DNA of 64,000 nucleotides from Parcubacteria group bacterium Gr01-1014_31. Its GTDB lineage: Bacteria > Patescibacteriota > Patescibacteriia > Buchananbacterales > GWA2-38-13. The notes beneath the pieces were generated by a model. It was not told the DNA's origin, ran no database searches, and saw only the letters and a list, made by a program, of their open reading frames with translations. Shown here piece by piece: positions 1-9,397 of the stretch. Each line of letters begins with the position of its first letter. The first letter of the stretch is position 1. A program made the position numbers and the translations under genes. The stretch lies in NCBI GenBank assembly GCA_007376135.1, contig VMFR01000005.1, positions 4,141 through 68,140 on the forward strand. The letters are read 5' to 3'.

Positions 1-501
1 GTCAGGACTGCCGAGCGCGCGGTAGGTCCGCTCGCTGTCGAGCTGGCCGTTCTCTTGGAAGAAGATGATGGAACTTGCATCCATGAAGTCCCGATGGAAA
101 TGGGCAGCCAGGATCCTGGCCATCAGGAACTCGCCTCGGCTGGCGGCGAAATCCGGGCTCTGGGGCCGGTCGATGATGCCGCGCTCCGCGTCATCCAACA
201 GCACTTCGAGGTCGATGCCGACCTGCAGGCCGCGCACGATCTCGCGAAAACGGTCCCGAACCAGCTGGAAAACGTGGTCGAACCGAATGCCCTGGCGGAC
301 ATGAGCCTGACACAGGTAGAGCAGATCAGTGACCTTGTGGTCATCGCGCGTCCGTTTGCCAGGCGCCGACACGACGAGGTATTCCCGCCGGGCGTTGGCC
401 TGCATAATGGAGCCGACCTTCTTGATCTGGTCGGCGGTGGCAACCGATGTGCCGCCGAACTTCGCCACAACCGTGCCCTCAGGCACGACAATACTGGCCA
501 C
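1..501 (-). CDS. Aspartate kinase, N-terminal part; the 3' end lies beyond the window start
   Basis: My minus-strand translation gives (M/V)ASIVVPEGTVVAKFGGTSVATADQIKKVGS...VVSAPGKRTRDDHKVTDLLYL. KFGGTSV is the amino-acid-kinase/aspartokinase N-terminal signature. A GTG start sits 4 nt after a perfect AAGGAGG Shine-Dalgarno (SD). The ORF has no stop down to position 1. It is missing from the ORF track because it is incomplete. Confidence 0.5.
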   Translation of the reverse strand, partial: MASIVVPEGTVVAKFGGTSVATADQIKKVGSIMQANARREYLVVSAPGKRTRDDHKVTDLLYLCQAHVRQGIRFDHVFQLVRDRFREIVRGLQVGIDLEVLLDDAERGIIDRPQSPDFAASRGEFLMARILAAHFHRDFMDASSIIFFQENGQLDSERTYRALGSPD

Positions 502-647
502 GTGGCCTCCTTTCATCTGGATTGTCCAAGGTACGATCGGCACGACGCGCAACGTCGCGAGCCGTTGGTTGGTCGTACCATAACTATCCATCACTGTCAA
601 TAAAAAACGGCCCGCAGGCCGCAAACATTCCCGGTACGCCGATGCCG

Positions 648-1901
648 CTATTCCTCGAGCACCACCACGCGTTTGGGTTCGCCGTCCGGCGAGAACCCGA
701 CCACCGCCACATAGGTCAATTTTCCCCCGACCTCGCCGACTTGGGAGAGCGCGAAAAATTTTTCCGCCCCCTGGCGCGCACCGGCGGCTTCCCTGAGGTC
801 ATACCGTTGGCCGTACTCTTGTCCATCGAGGACCACCACCGATGTACCCGCCTTCATGGCCAGCAGTGCGAGCTTTCCGCCGACCGCGGCGATCTCCAGC
901 ACGTCATCATACTCGCCACCCAGCGTCTGGCCATCGTAGTCGACGACCGATTTGCCGTTGACCGGCAGCGGCAGCATGGCGAGCTTACCACCCACCACAG
1001 CTGCATCGCGGTGATCCCCGGTCGGCAATACGTATGCGACTCTCCCATCGGGGTACTTGACGGCGGTGGCGTCGACCTGTACGGCGGGCAATCCCGTCTC
1101 TTTGCCGTCGGCTTCAACCACCGTCACGCGAACGCTGCCGCCGTCAACGATGGCGGCGGCTAATTTTCCGTCATAGAGAAACGGGAACAGCGCCCCACCT
1201 GTTGCCGCAGCAAACTCGCTGCCGTTGTGCCACACCGCGGTCCGGTCGGCGCCGGATGGATCTTTTCCCGGATCCACTCCGACGAACGCCAATTTCCCCT
1301 GAACCTCCAGCGGACTGCGCGCGAAAGCATACTGATCGCCGAACCGTTCCCCACGGTGAAAGATGACGGAACCGAATCCGCCCAGCGCGGAGAGAGACGG
1401 CTTGAGCGCGACCAGGGCCGGGCTGCCCCCGACATCAGCGATCTGCACCACGTCGCCGACATCGGCGTCTTCGGAACGCCAGATCTCGTCGCGGAAGACG
1501 GCCACCATGGTCTGACCGTCGCGAGCGAGGTACGCCAGCTGGCCGCTGACCGACGCGTAGCTGTCCCCAAGTCCGATGCCCACGGTTGTGAACTGCCGGC
1601 CGTACTCGCGGAAGGTGCGTCCGTTTTCCACGAAGGCCGCCGTGTTGGGCACCGCCACCGCCGGCGAAGTATTCCCAACCGCCCCGCGTCCCGCATCCTC
1701 CGGCGCCAAGGTCGGCCGCCAGAAGTACCATGCTAATCCGCCCAGACCGACCGCCAGAACCGCGATAATGGACAAAATGATAGCCGTTGTTGGCCGATGT
1801 GAAGAACCGCCAAGTGGGTCGACGATCTCACCACGCGGTGCGCGGGATGGCATACGCAAATATTGTACCACACCCGGTAGGACAACGGTCGAACCTAACA
1901 C
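648..1901 (-). CDS. Membrane-anchored repeat protein, about 6 tandem G(G/Q)KLA units, possibly a beta-propeller; hypothetical
   Basis: N-terminal TM helix IILSIIAVLAVGLGGLAWYFW. Recurring units about 45 aa long: VGGKLAMLPL, VGGKLALLAM, VGGKLTYVAV, DGKLAAAIVDGG, QGKLAFVGVD. Confidence 0.45.
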   Translation of the reverse strand: MLGSTVVLPGVVQYLRMPSRAPRGEIVDPLGGSSHRPTTAIILSIIAVLAVGLGGLAWYFWRPTLAPEDAGRGAVGNTSPAVAVPNTAAFVENGRTFREYGRQFTTVGIGLGDSYASVSGQLAYLARDGQTMVAVFRDEIWRSEDADVGDVVQIADVGGSPALVALKPSLSALGGFGSVIFHRGERFGDQYAFARSPLEVQGKLAFVGVDPGKDPSGADRTAVWHNGSEFAAATGGALFPFLYDGKLAAAIVDGGSVRVTVVEADGKETGLPAVQVDATAVKYPDGRVAYVLPTGDHRDAAVVGGKLAMLPLPVNGKSVVDYDGQTLGGEYDDVLEIAAVGGKLALLAMKAGTSVVVLDGQEYGQRYDLREAAGARQGAEKFFALSQVGEVGGKLTYVAVVGFSPDGEPKRVVVLEE

Positions 1902-2042
1902 GAAAAGTGTTGAGCCAATACCAGAGCCACCGCAGACTACAGTTGTATGTACTCGTCCGTTGTACTACCGGGCACACTCAAAACGCCCGTACCCAAAAAA
2001 CCGTCACGCAGATGCGGGACGGTTTGTACGCTGGGTGCTCCA

Positions 2043-3536
2043 TTACCGCGTCGGTGGAATGGCTTCGACGGTCGGTAGCGCCTGGTCCTCAACAGCCTTC
2101 AGCGGCATGACTCCTCCGCCGCCGCGCGACGGCTGGTCATTGGGTTCCAGCAGCTCCTTGATCAGCGGCACCACCACCGCCGTGCTCCAATACGGCTGTT
2201 CTTTCGGCGATTCGATCACCGGGAAACTGGCGGCCGGCACCAACAGCTCGTCGTTACGGTTGTTCTCGTACCGCCAGACCTTGACGTAGGTCAACGTCGG
2301 GGTACCCAGAACCACATCCAGAATTTTTGCCTGCGTACCTTCCGGGGTGAAGGAGCGGGCCTGCACCACCTTCAGGATGCGGTCAAAATCCGTTTCGGCG
2401 GCATACTGGGAACTTTCGAACTGCTGGCTGGTCAGATTCCAGACGTTGCCAACCTTGCGCGTACGGACGTTTATGCTGACGTTCACGCCATGCACGTTAC
2501 CGCCTTCGTCGTGCACCACCGTTCCGTCCACCAGCTGCGGGAACACGACGTTAATGTACTCCGGCACGTAGGCTGGCATGGTTTTTTCCTGCGCCATCAG
2601 GTAGAGGCGCTGCTCTTCCTGGATGGCGGGCTCTCCGTAGCCCCTCAGCTGCACTCCGTGCTGACGCAGAAAACCCGTTGCCAGCGCGATGAGGTCGGCA
2701 TCCGACGGCACGTCGCCGGGCTGGAGGGGATTTCCCGCGGCCTCCGGCATCGGACCGGGATAGGGGGACTTCTGGTTAATGGAAACCATTCCCTCCTGCA
2801 AATCGACGAACACCTGGTAGCCATCATTGGTCTCTTGGGTCAGGTTGACGGACTGCAACTTGGCGCCGCCGAAACTGCCGAGGTCGAGCAAGCCTGAACC
2901 GAGCTCGAGGAGCGACGATGCGGCCGGCAAATTGCCCTTGATGCGGCGGTACACGGTGCGCTGGTCGTCCTTCAGCTCCATCGGTTCTCCGCGGAATACG
3001 AAACGGTAGCCGACCATCATGTCCGGCGCGACCATGGAGGGCGCAGAGAGGGTCGCACGTTCGGCCGTCGCGACGCCTCCGCCGCCGCCCATACCGACAG
3101 CCATTTTGCTCGCGTCGCGCGAGATCATCATATTGCCCGCCAGCGAGCTGAGCGTTCCAAAGGCGTTGCTGCCACGCGCCGTCACCGCGGCTTGGGACCA
3201 CGTGACGGTTTCGCTCACGGGATTGGAGCGCCGCTGTAGGAGCGTCATCGTGGGAACAATGAGGAGTGTCGCCAGCGCCACGCCGCCGGCGGTGTACATG
3301 AATTTTTGCATAAAAGGTAAGGTAAAGAATGACGCGGACGGTATCTGTCGGTGGTGGTCGAGTTGCTGCAAAAGCTCCGCGCGCAAGCGCTGTACGAACA
3401 CCTCATCCACGGTCACCTGCGGCTGCGCGGTAATCAGCGTCGCAACGATCTCCCGCAGCCGCGCTTCGTGCTGCCGCAGGCCTGGCTCCAACGCGTAGAG
3501 CTCCTCCAAGATCGTTGCGAGATGTTGGGACGCCAT
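2043..3536 (-). CDS. Anti-sigma factor-like membrane protein with one TM and a large extracytoplasmic domain
   Basis: Starts 7 bp downstream of the ECF sigma stop. N-terminal helical region, then a single TM (MYTAGGVALATLLIVPTMTLL). Confidence 0.5.
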   Translation of the reverse strand: MASQHLATILEELYALEPGLRQHEARLREIVATLITAQPQVTVDEVFVQRLRAELLQQLDHHRQIPSASFFTLPFMQKFMYTAGGVALATLLIVPTMTLLQRRSNPVSETVTWSQAAVTARGSNAFGTLSSLAGNMMISRDASKMAVGMGGGGGVATAERATLSAPSMVAPDMMVGYRFVFRGEPMELKDDQRTVYRRIKGNLPAASSLLELGSGLLDLGSFGGAKLQSVNLTQETNDGYQVFVDLQEGMVSINQKSPYPGPMPEAAGNPLQPGDVPSDADLIALATGFLRQHGVQLRGYGEPAIQEEQRLYLMAQEKTMPAYVPEYINVVFPQLVDGTVVHDEGGNVHGVNVSINVRTRKVGNVWNLTSQQFESSQYAAETDFDRILKVVQARSFTPEGTQAKILDVVLGTPTLTYVKVWRYENNRNDELLVPAASFPVIESPKEQPYWSTAVVVPLIKELLEPNDQPSRGGGGVMPLKAVEDQALPTVEAIPPTR

Positions 3537-3542
3537 AGAAAG

Positions 3543-4115
3543 TTAGATGAATGGTACCAAGAGGGATATCAATGCGGCCGGACCCAGCCTGCCCCGCAGC
3601 GACGCAATGGCGCGGGAGAAACCCATCTTGCAGGCGGCCTCCGACTTGCCGGTGATCTCCGCGATCTCGCGGTAGGACAGCTGGTCCCAGAGCCGCAGCA
3701 GGACAAGGTCGCGCTGCTCGGGGGTTAGCGCCGCTACCTGTTCCCGCACCCGTTCCAGCTGCAGCGTCACGTGGGCGTCGCGGGCAACGTCCTGCGCGTC
3801 GGCCAGGTCCCAGGCGTCCGCGATATCGACGGTGGCACGCCGCGTGCGGTAGTGGTCGGTCACCGTATTGCGAGCGATGCGGTAGATCCACGCGCCGACG
3901 CTCCCGCGTTTAGGGTCGAAGGTGCGGATATGCTGCAGCGCCTTCAGGAACGCTTGACTGGTCAGATCTTCCGCCGTTTCGCGATGGTGCGTCCGATAGT
4001 AGACAAATTTAAAGATCGGCCGCGCGTACGCATCATAGAAAGCCGCGAACGCGTTGGCGTCGCCCGAAGGCAGTCGTTCAAGCAGTGCAGCGTCGAGGGT
4101 TGGGTTCACAGGCAC
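3543..4115 (-). CDS. ECF-type RNA polymerase sigma-70 factor
   Basis: Sigma-70 region 2 (AFAAFYDAYARPIFKFVYYR...AEDLTSQAFLKA) and region 4 (LTPEQRDLVLLRLWDQLSYREIAEITGKSEAACKMGFSRAIASLR). Confidence 0.8.
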   Translation of the reverse strand: MPVNPTLDAALLERLPSGDANAFAAFYDAYARPIFKFVYYRTHHRETAEDLTSQAFLKALQHIRTFDPKRGSVGAWIYRIARNTVTDHYRTRRATVDIADAWDLADAQDVARDAHVTLQLERVREQVAALTPEQRDLVLLRLWDQLSYREIAEITGKSEAACKMGFSRAIASLRGRLGPAALISLLVPFI

Positions 4116-4243
4116 TCCGGAGAGCGTGCCGGCCGGTGGGAGCGACCCGTCGGCAGCGGTGGCCGAGCCGGCCCTAGGCGCCGGCAGTTTGGCCTATCGC
4201 TACCATTCTACTACGAATCCTGCGGCCGGGGGTAACGCCGCGG

Positions 4244-5257
4244 CTACTTCCCTTCCGCAGGATGAGCTTGGTCGATCTCTTGGTAGACGATCTTGGAAAC
4301 GGCGGCGATGACCGGCGGAAGCCGGGAAAACTCCGGCCCGCGCGTCATCACGCACAGCAGGTAAGGCGCGCGCGGATGGTAGATAATACCGCAATCGTGC
4401 AGTTGGGCAACCGGCCTTCCGGCCTGGAGCGTTATGCGTTCCCCAAACTTGTGCGCAACCGTCCGGTTGGCGGGCACGCCGGCAATAATACCGTCGCGGA
4501 ACCGCGTTTTTGCCATCAGCTCCAATGCCTGTTCCGACCGCTCGCGATCCAGGTAGGAGGCATTATAGAGGATACGGAAGAACGAGGCGTAATCCTTCAC
4601 GGACATGTAATCACTGGCCGACCGCAGGCCGGGCACTTCCACCCCCAAATCGCGATAGACCGTTTCCAGGGTTGAGGTTGGGAGCGCTGATTTCAACAGA
4701 TCTTTGGCGTCGTTGTCGGAATTGACGATCATGCGGAACAACAATTCGCCGACCGGGTAGACCGTTCCGGGACGGATCGGTTCGACCGCCGCAATCTGCT
4801 GAGCGAAAAAGGCCTTCGGGCCATCGTACATCAATTCACGCGTCAGCACCGCGGGGTCGGATTCCGCAGCCTTAAGGTAGGACATCAGCACTGGCACCTT
4901 CAGTAAACTGGCTGGAGAAAATAAGTCCCGTTCGTTAATGCCAAACCATGGCCCGTTATTGAGGTCGCGCACATACACGGCAAGCTCAAGCCCAGGATTT
5001 GCCTGCTGGACCTCGATCAAAATGCGCTGTTTGGCGACCTTTTCGAAGGGAATGTATTTCTGCCGCAACGAGGCGAAGTCTCCCACCTCGCACTCGAGCA
5101 GCGGGTTGATCAAGCGGTAACCGGATTGCCGGACGACGACCGGAAGCGTTTCGGCGCAACACGCCTCGGGAGTCGCCAAGCGCTGCCCGATCAAAAATCC
5201 TAAACCGAGGCAAGTGATGCCGATGATGATCGTTGGAATACGCGCGCTCGGCGGCAT
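4244..5257 (-). CDS. Class A beta-lactamase-like serine hydrolase, N-terminally membrane-anchored
   Basis: SxxK (SPASLLKV), SDN (MIVNSDNDAKDLL) and a KTG-like AHKFGE motif. N-terminal TM/signal IIIGITCLGLGFLIG. Confidence 0.6.
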   Translation of the reverse strand: MPPSARIPTIIIGITCLGLGFLIGQRLATPEACCAETLPVVVRQSGYRLINPLLECEVGDFASLRQKYIPFEKVAKQRILIEVQQANPGLELAVYVRDLNNGPWFGINERDLFSPASLLKVPVLMSYLKAAESDPAVLTRELMYDGPKAFFAQQIAAVEPIRPGTVYPVGELLFRMIVNSDNDAKDLLKSALPTSTLETVYRDLGVEVPGLRSASDYMSVKDYASFFRILYNASYLDRERSEQALELMAKTRFRDGIIAGVPANRTVAHKFGERITLQAGRPVAQLHDCGIIYHPRAPYLLCVMTRGPEFSRLPPVIAAVSKIVYQEIDQAHPAEGK

Positions 5258-5308
5258 AAAAAAAGTGCTTCCACAGTAGCGGAAGCATCGCCCACCGACA
5301 AGGGTCGT

Positions 5309-5728
5309 TTACGCCAGGAGATTCAGTCCGGTCGATGGGTCGTGCATGCGGACAATCTCGTCGGGCAGCTGCCGAAAGGAGATCTCACAGGTTACCGAAA
5401 CGACCAGCCGCTTGATGTGGCCGCCGCGCACCCGCAGTTTATCGTCGGCGAACGTCCCGTGCACATGCACCGCGACTCCCCCCTCGAGCCGCGCCACGTT
5501 GCCTTGCAGGCCGCAGATCTCCAGGCCCTCCTCGATGATCTCGTCGCGGTATTCCTTATCGTACGGATGGTAGTGCGACAATGTCAACTCGCCACAGGCG
5601 CCGATCCCGTTGAACGTACCTCCGACAATGCCCTCGGCCTGGCACCATGCCTGCAATCCGGCGACCACCTCCTCGCCACGGTCGAACCGCAGGAGAAAAT
5701 TCTGACCATCGCGGGTGATCACGCGCAT
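5309..5728 (-). CDS. PPC/DUF296 domain DNA-binding protein
   Basis: MRVITRDGQNFLLRFDRGEEVVAGLQ...GACGELTLSHY is typical of the PCC domain. The in-frame upstream extension overlaps the next gene, so the internal Met was taken as the start. Confidence 0.5.
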   Translation of the reverse strand: MRVITRDGQNFLLRFDRGEEVVAGLQAWCQAEGIVGGTFNGIGACGELTLSHYHPYDKEYRDEIIEEGLEICGLQGNVARLEGGVAVHVHGTFADDKLRVRGGHIKRLVVSVTCEISFRQLPDEIVRMHDPSTGLNLLA

Positions 5729-5732
5729 ACGA

Positions 5733-6551
5733 TCATTCCACGCGCCGTGCCGCCGCACGGTAAGCACAATGCACGCAGGTTGGCGAGACGGGCGGCGACA
5801 CATCCGACTGCAGGCAGGCCCGCAGTTCAAGCAGCGTCGGTTCGACCCACGTGTCGTTGCCGACGTACGGAATGATCTTAACGTTGAACTCTAATTTTCC
5901 GTCGAACGCCTCGCGGTCGGTATCGCCGTTGCAGTACACAAAATACCCCGTTGGCGAAACGGTAAATTCGTTCCGGCGGAACAGCCACTGGTAGACCTCC
6001 ATCTGCCGCTTGTACGAGATCTGCCACGGCGCGTCAATGGTCACCTCGGTCTCCTTGGCCGTGGCCTTATAATCCACAACGATGAGTTCTCCCTGGGGGT
6101 TCACCCACACGTCGTCCACGCCGCCGGTCACCAGGAAATTCGTCGGCGGATGGAGGTACTGGACGCCGCGGCGCAGCGCGTCGCGCCACTCGTCCATCTT
6201 CGGGTGCTGGTACGGCACGGCGTCCACGCCGTAGGTCTTCATCAAGGGGTGCGCGGTTCCGGCCGCCCGGTGGATGTCGAATTCTTTCTTCAGGAGCGTA
6301 TCGACCGCCGTGTTCAGGTTGAATGGATACCCGGGAGGCTGCGGAATACCCAGCCGCCGGTCCAAGTAGAAACAGCGCCGGCAGTTCATGAACAGCTCGA
6401 TCTTGGAGCGGCTCACGCGGTAGGGCGCGCCCGAGGTCGGGGAAAAAACGTAGTGCCGGAATCCATTACTGCTCATATCGTCGGCAGTGTACCAAGAAAC
6501 CCCTTGATCCAGCCAGTCCACCGATCGCCCGACGGTGGGCAGCTGGCGCAC
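5733..6551 (-). CDS. PD-(D/E)XK nuclease, Cas4/RecB-like, with Fe-S cysteines (DUF83-like)
   Basis: IVVDYKATAK (D..K motif), QMEVYQWLF (the QhxxY motif of RecB-family nucleases), N-terminal CRRC and C-terminal C..CVHC cysteines. No CRISPR array or other cas genes nearby. Confidence 0.55.
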   Translation of the reverse strand: MRQLPTVGRSVDWLDQGVSWYTADDMSSNGFRHYVFSPTSGAPYRVSRSKIELFMNCRRCFYLDRRLGIPQPPGYPFNLNTAVDTLLKKEFDIHRAAGTAHPLMKTYGVDAVPYQHPKMDEWRDALRRGVQYLHPPTNFLVTGGVDDVWVNPQGELIVVDYKATAKETEVTIDAPWQISYKRQMEVYQWLFRRNEFTVSPTGYFVYCNGDTDREAFDGKLEFNVKIIPYVGNDTWVEPTLLELRACLQSDVSPPVSPTCVHCAYRAAARRVE

Positions 6552-6552
6552 C

Positions 6553-7014
6553 TTACGTGTTCAGACTCCATACGATGTAATTGAGATACGCGGCAAACAG
6601 CGTCCAGGCCAAGTACGGCGAAAGCAGCCAAGCCGCAAGTGGTGCTGGTCGCCGCAGCAGCACGATCAATGCTGCCACCGACGACCCCAGCAGCAGCGCC
6701 TCGGCAACCGCCCAGCCGATCTGATGAAAACCGAAAAATATCCAGCTCCACCCGGCATTCAGCGCGGCATTAAAAGCGAATACCGACATAACCGTCCGGC
6801 GCGTCGCTCCTGCCGTTTTCTCGTATGCCAGCAACGCCGCAGCGGCGGCCAGCGTAAACAGCGTCGTCCAAACCAGGCTAATAACCATGCCCGACGGTGT
6901 CCAGGACGGCTTCCCGATGGTGGCATACCACGCCATGTTGGCGCCGGTCACCAGACTGCCGGCAACAGCCGTGGCGATCGTTGCCAGTGGAATGACGATT
7001 TGATGGATACCCAT
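6553..7014 (-). CDS. tspO: TspO/MBR tryptophan-rich sensory protein
   Basis: KPSWTPSGMVISLVWTTLFTL and C-terminal AAWLLSPYLAWTLFAAYLNY; five TM helices. Internal Met taken as the start. Confidence 0.8.
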   Translation of the reverse strand: MGIHQIVIPLATIATAVAGSLVTGANMAWYATIGKPSWTPSGMVISLVWTTLFTLAAAAALLAYEKTAGATRRTVMSVFAFNAALNAGWSWIFFGFHQIGWAVAEALLLGSSVAALIVLLRRPAPLAAWLLSPYLAWTLFAAYLNYIVWSLNT

Positions 7015-7052
7015 ATCCCCTCCGTTCCCGCCCCGCCGGTTTATCGCGGCGT

Positions 7053-7466
7053 TTATGACGAAAGACCTCGCTGGCTGCGCGGGATGACCAGCTTCAGCCC
7101 GGACCACGTACGGTCTACGGCAACGACTTTTACGTCCACCAGTCCCTGCTGCAGCGCCAGGTGCCGAAGCACATTCTCATCAACATCCGAAGCGATGCCG
7201 GAACTTTTCTTCGGCCAAGACACCCATATCATCCCATTGGGCCGCAGCCGCGTTTTCAACCCAGGCAGCGCGGCTGCTAGCGCCTGCCGGTGAACGCAGA
7301 AATAATGAATATAATCAAGGTTGCTCCCCTGGGTGACCAACCGCGCTCCCGCCGGCAGCTTCCGAAATACCACGCGCAGAATTTCCGGCACATGGTAGAG
7401 TGCCACCCGCATTGCCGGTTTCAGCCCGAGTTTTTGCCGTAACGGTTTCCCCGAGTACCCTGCCAT
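7053..7466 (-). CDS. DUF3052 family protein
   Basis: GYSGKPLRQKLGLKP...WVSWPKKSSG...GLVDVKVVAVDRTWSGLKL matches my recollection of DUF3052. Confidence 0.5.
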   Translation of the reverse strand: MAGYSGKPLRQKLGLKPAMRVALYHVPEILRVVFRKLPAGARLVTQGSNLDYIHYFCVHRQALAAALPGLKTRLRPNGMIWVSWPKKSSGIASDVDENVLRHLALQQGLVDVKVVAVDRTWSGLKLVIPRSQRGLSS

Positions 7467-7469
7467 AGT

Positions 7470-8177
7470 TCAAGCTGTCCCCGCCAAGTACGCGCGCCGC
7501 CGCGGCGGTGGAAATCGTTCGATTGCGTAGCGCAGCATCGTGCGCGGCATCTTCTGATACCGCGGGCGCAGCCACGATTCCAGCGCCGCCGCATCGCGCT
7601 TGCCGACCTCGCGCAGCATCCAGCCCACGGCTTTATGAATGAGGTCGTGACGGTCGGCCATCAAGACCTGCGCCAGGGTGAACGTCGGACGGAAACGGCC
7701 GGCGCGGATGAACGCGAAGGTTGCAACGATCGCGACTCGCCGCTCCCAGACGTTGCGCGATTGAGCCAGGCGCGCCAAAAGTGCCGTTGGCCGGCCGACC
7801 AGGTACGCTCCCACGATATTGACGGCCGACAGGTCAACCAGATCCCAGTTGTTCACCCGGCGCAGGTGGCGCAGATAGAACTGGAATACCCTGTACTGCT
7901 CCCGTTCGTCGCCGATTTGGAACCGATGAACCAGGATGAGCAGCGCGCACAGTCGCTCCTCGTGTATCGCAGAGGAGAGCAGCCGCGCAACATCGGCGAG
8001 CGCGAGGTCGGTAAACTGCCGCGCCACCGCACGCGTCTGCGGGACGGTCACGCCCAAAAAAATATCGCCTTCTCCATACTCGCCCGGCCCGGTACGGAAG
8101 AAGCGCTGTAAAACCTTTGCCTTGGCGCCCGACGCTTGTTGGCGCAAGCGACGACGGAGTGCCGCAAGGGATGCCAT
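7470..8177 (-). CDS. DNA alkylation repair enzyme, AlkD-like HEAT-repeat glycosylase family
   Basis: LQRFFRTGPGEYGEGDIFLGVTVPQTRAVA is the hallmark N-terminus of the pfam08713 family. Confidence 0.65.
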   Translation of the reverse strand: MASLAALRRRLRQQASGAKAKVLQRFFRTGPGEYGEGDIFLGVTVPQTRAVARQFTDLALADVARLLSSAIHEERLCALLILVHRFQIGDEREQYRVFQFYLRHLRRVNNWDLVDLSAVNIVGAYLVGRPTALLARLAQSRNVWERRVAIVATFAFIRAGRFRPTFTLAQVLMADRHDLIHKAVGWMLREVGKRDAAALESWLRPRYQKMPRTMLRYAIERFPPPRRRAYLAGTA

Positions 8178-8229
8178 AGGATGGCGTTTCGGTCTTGGCA
8201 GGTGGTCGAACCGATACTATACTGACCGC

Positions 8230-8757
8230 ATGCCATTCAAGCTACCACACCTGACTAATCGGCAACAGGTTGCCGTCGCCGGCGGCGCACTGGTATTCAT
8301 TGCTGCAATCACACTGCTGATGTCCGGAATCCGCCCGCTGGGCAATCCCCCGGCAACGCTTCTGCCATCACAGATCCCCGTTGCTGGATCGACAGTTTCG
8401 CCGGCACCGGGAGGCAGCGCCACCCCGCGAACTTCTCCGACCGTACGCCCCGGCACAACCCCAAAACCCGGCGCGCTTTCCTATGGCGATGCGCTCGCCA
8501 AATACGGCGATTGGCGCATCCAACTCAACAGTAAATGCCAGGCCCAGCCGCCAAAGATGACGGTCAAGACCGGCACCTCGATACTGCTGGACAATCGTGC
8601 CCCGACGCCGAAAACGGCCACCCTCGACGGTACGGTCTACAAGCTCGCGGCCTACGATTTTCGGATCATTCGAATGACCGCTGCAACCTTGCCGCATACG
8701 GCCATTCTCCACTGCGATCCGCTGAAAAACGTCGCCCAGATCACCATTCAAAAATAG
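8230..8757 (+). CDS. Small membrane-anchored/secreted protein, paralog A
   Basis: N-terminal TM helix; C-terminal block YGDWRIQLNSKCQAQPPKMTVKTGTSILLDNR...; the ORF is followed by a terminator. Confidence 0.55.
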   Translation: MPFKLPHLTNRQQVAVAGGALVFIAAITLLMSGIRPLGNPPATLLPSQIPVAGSTVSPAPGGSATPRTSPTVRPGTTPKPGALSYGDALAKYGDWRIQLNSKCQAQPPKMTVKTGTSILLDNRAPTPKTATLDGTVYKLAAYDFRIIRMTAATLPHTAILHCDPLKNVAQITIQK

Positions 8758-8768
8758 CGACGTACCAT

Positions 8769-8800
8769 GCCGCCGCCGGCGTCTGCCGGCGGTTTTTTTG
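8769..8800 (+). terminator. Rho-independent terminator
   Basis: gccgccggcgtctgccggcgg hairpin followed by ttttttt. Confidence 0.6.
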
Positions 8801-8893
8801 TCAATCTAGCGAACCAACACATTCAGCCGTTCAAAAAATACCAGCCCGCCCGTCTACTACAACAGACGGAAGTTAACAAAAAATGCCTGCCTT

Positions 8894-9394
8894 ATGCAAC
8901 ATTTTCTTAACAACTTTCGTGCCGAGATTGCGATCGGCGTGGTTGGTACGGCCATCATTGTCGGCATCGGCGGCTGGTGGCTGCAGTCACTCGCCCCGCG
9001 ACCGGGAACAGCGGAGCTCCTGGCCGCCGATGAGCGCACTTCGCCGGACGCCCAACCTGAGAATACCGCCGGGCGCGTACGGCTCGCCAGCGCTGGCGCT
9101 GTCGGGGTCGCAACCACGTACGATGAGGCGCTGGAACAGTACGGCGACTGGCGCATCCAATTGAATGACGATTGCCAGGCCCGCCCGCCGCGAATGACGG
9201 TAAAAAGCGGGACCAGCGTGATGCTGGACAACCGTTCCGACGACCCGCAGACGGTCATCGCGAACGGCACTTCCTATCAGATCGCTCCGTACTACTACCG
9301 AATCATCACGGTCCGCAGCGGAGCGTCGCCCCACACCGTGTACCTGGACTGTGGGCAAGGGAAAAATGTTGCCCTTATTACCGCCCAATTCTAG
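8894..9394 (+). CDS. Small membrane-anchored/secreted protein, paralog B
   Basis: Same C-terminal block as paralog A (YGDWRIQLNDDCQARPPRMTVKSGTSVMLDNR...) and an N-terminal TM helix. Confidence 0.55.
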   Translation: MQHFLNNFRAEIAIGVVGTAIIVGIGGWWLQSLAPRPGTAELLAADERTSPDAQPENTAGRVRLASAGAVGVATTYDEALEQYGDWRIQLNDDCQARPPRMTVKSGTSVMLDNRSDDPQTVIANGTSYQIAPYYYRIITVRSGASPHTVYLDCGQGKNVALITAQF

Positions 9395-9397
9395 GGA

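Noticed and set aside
4201-4250. Possible additional degenerate copy of the TIR element (ccattctactacg...)
   Set aside because: Only about 10 of 13 bases match the ACTATTCTACTAT end, and there is no convincing partner terminus or internal hairpins. Too weak to call without a genome-wide search.
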